Notes under the pieces: model-generated
What the model was told of the DNA's origin: nothing
Seen by the model: only the letters and a program-made list of their open reading frames with translations
Databases searched by the model: none
Shown: positions 26,491-34,667 of the stretch, one piece after another
Layout: each line of letters starts with the position of its first letter
Numbering within the stretch: the first letter of the stretch is position 1
Source of the DNA: a virus
DNA: 64,000 nt
Direction: 5' to 3' (one strand)
Virus record (IMG/VR): IMGVR_UViG_3300044959_000131
Span: 64,001-128,000 of that record
Position numbers and translations under genes: made by a program

Positions 26491-26891
26491 GTTGTTCTTC
26501 TAAGAACGAGTTGAAGAACCATCGATCCCCATCCACATCGAGTGCATCCATCCAAGAATCGTTCTGGCTCAACCAACTCCCTGTCCTCAGGTGGACCGCG
26601 ATACCTGCTTGACTGATAAAACTTAGGTGTCCACCTTGGTGTATCTTTGGTCTCCTCTAGGCAGTGAACACATTCCCATCCAATCTGGAATCCTTCTGCT
26701 GCCCTCTCATTGCACCATCGAACGAGAAGCTCGCACTCTCCACAGTCGTACGCTTCATCGCATTTGCCTCGAATGAACGTTCTGGCCTCCTGAGTCTGTC
26801 GAAAGATGGGACGACCTTTCTGGTCGAACTGACCACCATTCGCTGCGAACAAAAGTGGGCAGAAGGCTACTCGGACCGGGTTTTCAGGCAT
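26487..26891 (-). CDS. Cys-rich zinc-finger protein (134 aa)
   Basis: FCP, KC..AYDCGEC...WC, CVHC and CTRC. Confidence 0.7.
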   Translation of the reverse strand: MPENPVRVAFCPLLFAANGGQFDQKGRPIFRQTQEARTFIRGKCDEAYDCGECELLVRWCNERAAEGFQIGWECVHCLEETKDTPRWTPKFYQSSRYRGPPEDRELVEPERFLDGCTRCGWGSMVLQLVLRRTT

Positions 26892-26975
26892 TTTGCTGGA
26901 GTTTTACTAGTGCCGCCGTAAGTCTGGCGGCGAGGTAAGTCATGAAGCTCAGAAAAAATGAAGCTAAGAAGAGTT

Positions 26976-27158
26976 TCATTCTTCCTCGGTCTCCGTCTCG
27001 TCGACAGCGTCTTCGTCGTTTTCTTCGTCTTGCTCAGTCGGATAAAGAATTTGCCCCAAGATCGAGTTCATCAAGTCTTCTTGGAACATGTCCAACTGAG
27101 TAACTTCTTTTGGCACTGTCAGGCCTCCGATTCTTGAGGCCAGCGTATCGCTGACCAA
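26976..27158 (-). CDS. Possible small protein with an acidic tail
   Basis: Ends EQDEENDEDAVDETETEEE. Start uncertain; 27089 or 27071 are also possible. Confidence 0.4.
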   Translation of the reverse strand: MVSDTLASRIGGLTVPKEVTQLDMFQEDLMNSILGQILYPTEQDEENDEDAVDETETEEE

Positions 27159-27161
27159 CTT

Positions 27162-27171
27162 CTTATACCGA
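27162..27171 (-). promoter_or_regulatory. TCGGTATAAG motif at the head of the antisense island
   Basis: In the divergent gap upstream of the RNAP gene. Confidence 0.6.
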
Positions 27172-27190
27172 GGCCTATTGAGGTTCTTCG

Positions 27191-27220
27191 TTGACGTTAT
27201 TTACGAGCAGACTGTATTCT
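27191..27220 (+). promoter_or_regulatory. Sigma70-like promoter upstream of the RNAP gene
   Basis: TTGACG-N18-TATTCT. Confidence 0.55.
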
Positions 27221-27314
27221 GCCGTCCAAGGCTCAACGACCTCAGATGCGTAGAGGTAGAGCCTGGCAAGCCATAACCCACCTACGCATAGTGGGCGACA
27301 TTAGAGAGGGCACC

Positions 27315-30300
27315 TTGTCGACGCTAACACCAGAGGGTTCTTTCGAAATTCTCAAGAACAACGTCGTACGCGCCATCTCTTCCTACTTCCCCTACGAGGG
27401 AAAACAGAGGAAGTTGGAGCTACACAAAGTCTGGGTTGATGACAAACTTCATACTGATGACATCAAGTCACAGACTGAGGCAAAGGACCTAGACAAGACG
27501 TGGGGCGTACCAGTCAAGGCAGATGTCTCTCTCGTCGACAAAACGACAGGCAAAGTCATCGATCGAAAGACGATGACCATTGCCAGATTACCGAAGATGA
27601 CGAACCGGTACGGGTTCATCGTCGATGGGAATGAGTACCAGATCGACCATCTCTTCCGTTTGAAGTCCGGGGTGTACGCCAGAATTCAGGACAACGGCGA
27701 CCTGGAGTCAGAGTTCAACCTCGTCAAGGGACCTGCTGGTAACAGGTTCTCAATCCTCCTTGAGAGAGAGTCCAAGAAGTTCTTCCTGAAGCAGGGGGAC
27801 GCAAAGATTCCACTATACCCAATACTCAAGTCTCTAGGTGTATCAGACGATGAGATTGAGAAGAGTTGGGGAAAGGAAATACTCGCTGCCAATCGACCAA
27901 AAACCGAAGAGAAGACCTTAAAGAGTCTTCAGACCTTTTGGAAGAAGACGTCGTTCGAAGACCAGACGGAGCCGAGTGATTTAGGTGGTTATGCCCGCTA
28001 TGTACACGACTTCTTCGATAAGACGGTCCTTCGACCAGACACAACAAAGATCACTCTTGGAAAGCCAGCAACTAAGGTTGATGGTTCTGTTCTTCTGACG
28101 GCCGCGAACAAGATTCTCGGTGTTTCTAGAGGGACCCATCAGCCAGACGATAGAGACAGCCTTGCGTTCAAGGAGATCGTATCGATAGAGGACTTCCTGC
28201 CAGAGAAGATTGAGCGATCCATGAGGACGATTCGTGGAAAGCTCCGTAACACGATTGACCTCAAAGACAAGAAATCTGTCTCTGAAGTTTTGTCTACTGA
28301 CCTTTTTGCTCGCCCAATCCGTGAGTTCTTCACAAAGGGCGGCTCTTTGACGGAGAGGCCTGACCAGACGAATCCTATTCAAATGATGTCTGGTCACAGG
28401 AAGACGACGTTGATGTCTTCCGACCTTGGAGGAATCAAGAAAGAACATTCCATCACGGATGAGATGCGTGTCATCAATCCGAGCCACTTTGGGTTTCTAG
28501 ACCCAATGCATACCCCGGAGTCAGAGAAAACAGGCATCACTCTACATCTGGGAATGGCGGCTAGGAAAAATGGAAAAGATCTTGAGACTCCTGTCTTCAA
28601 CGTCAAAGAAAACAAGATTCAATACCTAAATGCAACAGACTTTCATAACAGTCATGCTGTTCTACCAGACCAGGTTCGCTGGGTCGGTGGCAAGCCTGTT
28701 CCGATAGCCGAAAACGTCAAGATGAAGCTCCCAGGTGGGAGCATCGAGGTTCGACCATTCAGAGAAGCTCAATACGTCATGCCGTCCGCAAAGGGCATGT
28801 TCGACATCGCTTCGAATCTCATACCTTTCTTACCATCGAACCAAGGCAACCGTGTTTCGATGGCTGATAAGCAGATGGAGCAGGCCATCTCTCTAAAGTA
28901 TAGAGAGGAGCCTCTCGTACAAACCAAGACCGACCATGCGGACCCGAATCTGACATTCGAAAAAGTTCTCGGTGGGTTCACATCTCATAGAGCTCCAGTC
29001 TCAGGTAAAGTCGTCTCCGTAAAGAACGATTCAATTACCATCAGTGACGGTAAGAAAAAGCACCAAGTTCATCTCTATGAACACTTCCCCCTCAACGACC
29101 CAAAGGGGATGATGCACTCAGAGCCTGTCGTGAAGGTCGGAGACACGGTCCGACAAGGACAGGTTATTGCTGACAACAACTTCACCAAGAATGGAACGCT
29201 CTCGCTTGGAGTGAATCTTCGTGTCGGATACATCCCTTACAAGGGCTACAACTACGAAGATGGTATCGTTATATCTGAGAGCGCCGCAAAGAAACTCACG
29301 TCCGAACACCTCTATAAGAAGAAGATCGAACTCGATCCTGAGAACGACGTCATTTCAAAGAGCAAGTTCATCGCTTATGCTGCTACCAAAGCCAATCAGC
29401 TAACAAAAGAGCAGCTTGATCTATTGGACGATGATGGAGTCATTCGAGTTGGTTCCAAGGTTCGTCCAGGTCAAGTTCTGATTGCAGCAGTCGGTAAGAA
29501 CCTTACGACACGCCAAGGTAGTGCTCTCGCAGCTCTAGGAAAGAGGGCCTTTCAGCCGTACAAGGATAAGTCACTTGTATGGGACGAAGACCACGTTGGC
29601 GAAGTCGTAAAGGTCATCAAAGATCCATCTGGAAAAGGGGTCAAGGTATACGTCAAAACTGAAGAGCCACTGGTTGTAGGTGACAAGTTGTCAGGCCGTC
29701 ACGGTAACAAAGGAATCGTGACGATGATCCTTCCTGACCACGAGATGCCGTTCACCATAGACGCCGACGGAAAACGACGTCCACTTGAAGTCCTTCTCAA
29801 CCCAACAGGTGTTCCAACACGTATCAATGTTGGTCAAGTTCTGGAAACGGCGGCCGGTAAAATTGCTGAGAAGACAGGAAAGCCGTACATCGTCAATAAC
29901 TTCTCAGGCCCGAACACGAACTACCGTGAACAGGTACTGAAAGACCTTCGTGCTCATGGCCTTAGAGACGAAGAGCTTGTCTACGACCCAAAGGACCCGA
30001 AAAGGCCACTTGGCTCGGTTCTCGTCGGTCCTCAGTATCTTTTGAAGCTTAAGCATCAAGTTGAGAAGAAGCTCACAGTTCGTGGAGGTGGGACGGATGT
30101 TACCGGTCGTGGACTTCCATACGATATAGATAGGACCCCGACAAAGGGAGGAGAGAGAGGGGGCCAAGGCTTTGGAGCCCTCGACGTCTACGCCCTTCTT
30201 GGACATGACGCTCGCCATAATCTTCGTGAGATGGCGACTCAAAAATCCGACTTCCAAGACATGACGTTCTGGAACATGGTCCAAGAAGGCCATGAACCAC

Positions 30301-33300
30301 CTCCCCCGAAGCCGCCGTTCAGCTACGAAAAGTTTGTCAGTCTACTGAAAGGTCTCGGAGTCAACGTCGAAAAGAAAGGAACGGCTCTTCAACTCTCTCC
30401 ACTCACAGACCGTCATGTCATCGAGATGGCTGGAGGCCATAAGGGTGAGTTGAAGAATCCACATCTCGCCCTTCGAGCTAAGGACCTGAAAGAAGAACGT
30501 GGTGGTCTGTTCGACCCAGTTGCGACTGGCGGTATCGTTGGAGACAAGTGGAGCTATATCAAGCTCACGGAGCCGATGCCGAACCCAATCTTCGTCGGCT
30601 CAAACAACCGTCCTGGACCCATTCCGGCTCTACTTGGATTGAAGCTCAAAGAGCTTGATGAGGTCATGAAAGGCGTTCGACAGATCGACGGTAAGACAGG
30701 TGGCATGGCCATATACGATGCCTTGAAAAAGGTTGACGTCGACAAAGAACTCGCTGCTCTTCGTGAGAAGCTTCCTACACTCACAGGTGCAGCTCTCGAC
30801 CGTGCGAATAAGAAGTTCAAATATCTGTCGGCTCTGAAGGAAGCAGGTCTGAAGCCTCATGAAGCGTACGTCATGAACGTAGTTCCGGTCATCCCTCCGG
30901 TGTTCCGACCTGCTACCGTCACACAAAATGGCGATGTTCAGTACTCGTCTTTGAACGGACTATACAAAAACATCGCCATACTCAACAACAAGCTCAGCGA
31001 AGTAGATCCAAAGGTATTCTCTGAAGAACACAGGTCTCCTCTTCGCTGGCAGCTCTACGACAGCCTGAGGGCTCTTCAATCGGTTGGCGGTTCCGTCGGC
31101 TACGACATCGACTCTCCAGGAAGCAAGAGAAAGTTAAAGGGAATCCTCGACATCATAGGTGGAGGAGAGGGTGAGCAGCCGAAGGAAGGCTATTTCCAGT
31201 CCAAGCTGGTCAAGCGAAGGCAGAATCTATCCATCCGCTCAACAATCGTTCCAGAGCCAAAACTTGGAATCGATGAAGTAGGTATTCCAAGAGGCGCAGC
31301 GATGGAGTTGTACAAGCCATTCGTTGTAGCCGAGCTAGCTCACCACGGCTTTGATCCTCTATCTGCTCAGCAAGAGATGAGGAACGGAACGAAGGCTGCG
31401 TACGACGCACTTGAGAAGGTCATCAAGGAACGGCCTCTTCTTCTCAAACGCGATCCAGCTCTTCACAAGTTCTCGATCATGGCCTTTACACCTAGGCTCG
31501 TAGAGGGAAAGGCCATTCAGATTCATCCTCTAGTTACTGGTGGATACAACGCCGATTTCGACGGTGACACGATGGCCGCAACTGTCCCTCTAACAAGAGA
31601 GGCCGTCGAAGAAGCGAAGAAGATGTTTCCTTCGAAGAACCTCTTCTCCCCTACAACCGGTGGTGTAATGTATTCGCCGACTCAAGAAGCGCTCCTCGGA
31701 CTTCATCTTCTTTCGAAGTGGGGCAAGCCTATCGGCAAAACATTCTCAAACCCACTCGAGCTGAACAAAGCTGTTCAGAGAGGAGAGGTTCACCCAACAG
31801 ACGTCGTAAAGGTAGGAAACAAGGAAACGACATTTGGACGATTGCTTCTTGAGTCTAGAATGCCAAGGGACTTCTACCTCAATAAAGACATTCTCCACAA
31901 CCCATCATTCGTTATCGACAAGAAGACACTCAATAGCCAAATCATCACACCTCTTGCTAAGAATCACACTCGAGAATTTGCTTCCGTCGTTGACGAATTG
32001 AAGAATCTCGGAAATGAGTATTCCTTCAAGATGGGATTCTCTTTCGGACTCAAGGACCTCGAAACAATCCCTCAAAGGGACGTAATACTCAAGGGCGCAC
32101 ACAGAGAGGCCGAGGCTGCAAGACGCTCAATTAAAGATAAGGATGCGCTGAACACCAAGCTCATCGACATCTATCAAAAGGCGACAGCTAAACTTGAGGA
32201 GGCCGTAAAGAATACACCGTCCGATAATCGCCTCGCGACGATGGTTACCTCAGGAGCTCGCGGTAAGCTAGAACAGCTACGACAAATGATTGCTGCTCCG
32301 ATGTTGGTTCAGGATTCCCAGAACAACATCATCCCAACACCTATTACTAAGAGCTACGCAGAGGGTCTGGACATTGGTGACTACTGGCTCGCCCAGCACG
32401 GTGCGAGAAAAGGAACTCTTCAGAGAGTACTTGGAACTTCAGAGCCTGGGGTCGTCTCAAAGGACATCATGAATACAACGATGTCCACTCTCATCGTCTC
32501 ACCCGATTGCAAGACGAATCATGGCCTGCTGATGGATGTTACTCACAAGGATATCGTAGATCGATTCACTGCGAAGCCCTACAAGTTGAAGGATGGAACG
32601 ATCATCAAGGCAGGAACACTTCTAACTCCAGAGATTCTGAACCGACTCAAGAACTCAAAAATTGACAAGGTCCTGGTTCGAAGCCCTCTTAAATGCAATC
32701 ACGGAGATGGAATCTGCGCGAAGTGTTTTGGGTTGAACGAGTCTGGAAAGCTGCACGACGTCGGCACAAATATTGGCGTGCTCGCTGGTCAAGCTCTGTC
32801 AGAACCAGCCGTCCAAATGGCGATGGACGCATTCCACACTGGCGGAGTCGCAACGGGTCGTGGATCTCTGTCCGTAGATAGGCTCACTAGACTTGGAGAT
32901 ACCTTGAGAATGCCGAAGAAGTTGAAGAACTCGGCCACCCTAGCTCGTGTAAGCGGAAAAGTTACGGACATCAAAAAGGATGCCGTCGGAGGTGTCGACA
33001 TCTTCATTGGTGGAGAGAGGCACTACGTTCCAAAGCATCTCGTGTCTCCAGACATCAAGATTGGAACCGAGGTGAAGAAGGGCATGCCAATATCAAAGGG
33101 GTTTATCAACCCTCACCACCTCCTTCCACTGACAGACATCCATACCGTTAGAAACTTTCTCACAGACGAGATGTACAGCGGACTGTATGAGAAAGAAGGT
33201 GTTAGAAAGAGAAACGTCGAAGTAGTGGTACGTGCTCTTACCAATCTCACGAAGATAAAGGATCCAGGTTCGAGCACATTCATACACGGAGATGTGGCCC

Positions 33301-33575
33301 CTACCTCTATCGTTGAGGAGTTCAACCGTAACCTGCCAAAGGGAAAGAAGCCAATTGTTCATGAGCCCATGCTGAGAAGCATTGAACAGGTCCCATTGAT
33401 CGGTTCTACAGACTGGATGGCTCGATTGAACTACCGAGAGCTGCACAACACAATACAGCAAGCAGCGGCTCAGTCTTGGAAGTCCGATATCCACGGCAGA
33501 CATCCAATTCCGGGTCTGGCGTTTGGTGCTGAGTTTGGGAAGCCGCCGCCCGGCAAGCCGAAGGGTGCCTACTGA
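27315..33575 (+). CDS. rpoBC: Single-polypeptide two-barrel RNA polymerase (beta-beta' fusion)
   Basis: Beta motifs GDKLSGRHGNKG, LLNPTGVPTRINVGQ, YLLKLKH, GGQGFG. Beta' motifs RSTIVP, KRDPALH, catalytic NADFDGD, SGARG, RSPLKC...CAKCFG and trigger loop GQALSEPAVQMAMDAFHTGG. No internal stop. TTG 27315 follows GAGAGGG (the track starts at ATG 27246). Confidence 0.95.
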   Translation: MSTLTPEGSFEILKNNVVRAISSYFPYEGKQRKLELHKVWVDDKLHTDDIKSQTEAKDLDKTWGVPVKADVSLVDKTTGKVIDRKTMTIARLPKMTNRYGFIVDGNEYQIDHLFRLKSGVYARIQDNGDLESEFNLVKGPAGNRFSILLERESKKFFLKQGDAKIPLYPILKSLGVSDDEIEKSWGKEILAANRPKTEEKTLKSLQTFWKKTSFEDQTEPSDLGGYARYVHDFFDKTVLRPDTTKITLGKPATKVDGSVLLTAANKILGVSRGTHQPDDRDSLAFKEIVSIEDFLPEKIERSMRTIRGKLRNTIDLKDKKSVSEVLSTDLFARPIREFFTKGGSLTERPDQTNPIQMMSGHRKTTLMSSDLGGIKKEHSITDEMRVINPSHFGFLDPMHTPESEKTGITLHLGMAARKNGKDLETPVFNVKENKIQYLNATDFHNSHAVLPDQVRWVGGKPVPIAENVKMKLPGGSIEVRPFREAQYVMPSAKGMFDIASNLIPFLPSNQGNRVSMADKQMEQAISLKYREEPLVQTKTDHADPNLTFEKVLGGFTSHRAPVSGKVVSVKNDSITISDGKKKHQVHLYEHFPLNDPKGMMHSEPVVKVGDTVRQGQVIADNNFTKNGTLSLGVNLRVGYIPYKGYNYEDGIVISESAAKKLTSEHLYKKKIELDPENDVISKSKFIAYAATKANQLTKEQLDLLDDDGVIRVGSKVRPGQVLIAAVGKNLTTRQGSALAALGKRAFQPYKDKSLVWDEDHVGEVVKVIKDPSGKGVKVYVKTEEPLVVGDKLSGRHGNKGIVTMILPDHEMPFTIDADGKRRPLEVLLNPTGVPTRINVGQVLETAAGKIAEKTGKPYIVNNFSGPNTNYREQVLKDLRAHGLRDEELVYDPKDPKRPLGSVLVGPQYLLKLKHQVEKKLTVRGGGTDVTGRGLPYDIDRTPTKGGERGGQGFGALDVYALLGHDARHNLREMATQKSDFQDMTFWNMVQEGHEPPPPKPPFSYEKFVSLLKGLGVNVEKKGTALQLSPLTDRHVIEMAGGHKGELKNPHLALRAKDLKEERGGLFDPVATGGIVGDKWSYIKLTEPMPNPIFVGSNNRPGPIPALLGLKLKELDEVMKGVRQIDGKTGGMAIYDALKKVDVDKELAALREKLPTLTGAALDRANKKFKYLSALKEAGLKPHEAYVMNVVPVIPPVFRPATVTQNGDVQYSSLNGLYKNIAILNNKLSEVDPKVFSEEHRSPLRWQLYDSLRALQSVGGSVGYDIDSPGSKRKLKGILDIIGGGEGEQPKEGYFQSKLVKRRQNLSIRSTIVPEPKLGIDEVGIPRGAAMELYKPFVVAELAHHGFDPLSAQQEMRNGTKAAYDALEKVIKERPLLLKRDPALHKFSIMAFTPRLVEGKAIQIHPLVTGGYNADFDGDTMAATVPLTREAVEEAKKMFPSKNLFSPTTGGVMYSPTQEALLGLHLLSKWGKPIGKTFSNPLELNKAVQRGEVHPTDVVKVGNKETTFGRLLLESRMPRDFYLNKDILHNPSFVIDKKTLNSQIITPLAKNHTREFASVVDELKNLGNEYSFKMGFSFGLKDLETIPQRDVILKGAHREAEAARRSIKDKDALNTKLIDIYQKATAKLEEAVKNTPSDNRLATMVTSGARGKLEQLRQMIAAPMLVQDSQNNIIPTPITKSYAEGLDIGDYWLAQHGARKGTLQRVLGTSEPGVVSKDIMNTTMSTLIVSPDCKTNHGLLMDVTHKDIVDRFTAKPYKLKDGTIIKAGTLLTPEILNRLKNSKIDKVLVRSPLKCNHGDGICAKCFGLNESGKLHDVGTNIGVLAGQALSEPAVQMAMDAFHTGGVATGRGSLSVDRLTRLGDTLRMPKKLKNSATLARVSGKVTDIKKDAVGGVDIFIGGERHYVPKHLVSPDIKIGTEVKKGMPISKGFINPHHLLPLTDIHTVRNFLTDEMYSGLYEKEGVRKRNVEVVVRALTNLTKIKDPGSSTFIHGDVAPTSIVEEFNRNLPKGKKPIVHEPMLRSIEQVPLIGSTDWMARLNYRELHNTIQQAAAQSWKSDIHGRHPIPGLAFGAEFGKPPPGKPKGAY

Positions 33576-34657
33576 TGGCCGTTACACATCAAGGATTAGT
33601 TGGTGCTTACGTCGAGTCTGGAAGAGTTCTGGACGTCGACATCAGCAACTACACCCTGACGGTGACTACGCAGTACTCCAAGAAACCACAGACTGGAATA
33701 ACTTGGTCGAGCCCCTATCTCCACTTTGCAAACGGAGAGGGTGTGTACATCATGCCAGAGGTCGGAAGCCTCTGCTGGATTTGTTTCCCATCCGACGGAA
33801 ACAGACCATTCGTTCTTGGATGGGCGCCAGCTGGGGACGAAGGCGACTACCGCTCACGTAGACAGTCCCTGAATCCCGGGGACATCTATCTTGGAACCCG
33901 GGACGAGAACTTCATGATTCTAAGACGGGGAGGAATCGTTCAGATCGGCGGAGGACCTCTCTGTCAGAGAATGTTTCTGCCGGTGAATAACACGATCAGG
34001 GATTTCTGCGAGAACTACGCTCTCAAAACAATTGGTGGAGACCTTACTTGGACTGTCGAGAGGACCGAGAACAGTACAGACGGAAAGAGACCAGCTGTCT
34101 TATCTCTTCTAGCTCGTGAAATGGCAAATGACGCCAAACCCATTGCAGAGCTTCTCATTGGTTCCCACGGAAGTGGAGACAAGACTATCATCAGCCTGAA
34201 AATCAAGGAGTCTGGAGAGGATGGGGCAGCCACCAACATCGAGCTAAGGCTCGATAAGGACGGGAACGTGAAATGGGAAGTGAGGAAGGATGTTCAGTGG
34301 GAAGTCGACGGAAAGTACTCGATTCGGGCGAAGCAGGACGTCCTTTTCAAGAGCGACACCAAGGTCTCGATCGAAGGCGGCTCTACAATAGAAGTAACTG
34401 GTTCTTCTGGAGTAACAATCAGAGCATCGACAGGGATTGTAGAGATCGTCGGCTCACCGCTTGTCAAGATGAATTCGAGAGTAATGGTCGGAAATGCGCC
34501 GCAACCAGTTGCTCTTGCGCCACCACTTTTGACGTGGCTGGCCACGCACATACATAACATCATCGTACCAGTTCCTGGAACCCCAACAACACCACCAGTG
34601 GTTCCACCACCGATTCCGGCAATCACATCAACAACGTTGCTCGCAAGTCCTCAGTGA
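33575..34657 (+). CDS. Baseplate central spike (gpV/gp5-like)
   Basis: N-terminal OB-fold pattern (GRVLDVD...MPEVGS..W..F..G..PFVLG), repetitive beta-strand C-terminus and apex HIH motif. Confidence 0.8.
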   Translation: MAVTHQGLVGAYVESGRVLDVDISNYTLTVTTQYSKKPQTGITWSSPYLHFANGEGVYIMPEVGSLCWICFPSDGNRPFVLGWAPAGDEGDYRSRRQSLNPGDIYLGTRDENFMILRRGGIVQIGGGPLCQRMFLPVNNTIRDFCENYALKTIGGDLTWTVERTENSTDGKRPAVLSLLAREMANDAKPIAELLIGSHGSGDKTIISLKIKESGEDGAATNIELRLDKDGNVKWEVRKDVQWEVDGKYSIRAKQDVLFKSDTKVSIEGGSTIEVTGSSGVTIRASTGIVEIVGSPLVKMNSRVMVGNAPQPVALAPPLLTWLATHIHNIIVPVPGTPTTPPVVPPPIPAITSTTLLASPQ

Positions 34658-34667
34658 GGAGAAGCAA

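Noticed and set aside
27246-27314. 23-aa N-terminal extension of the RNAP
   Set aside because: No ribosome-binding site before ATG 27246, while GAGAGGG precedes TTG 27315. Not proven.
27246-33575. Host rpoB-rpoC operon or bacterial chromosomal DNA
   Set aside because: No ribosomal-protein neighbours; flanked by portal and spike genes; fused, shortened and lacking the beta' zinc finger.
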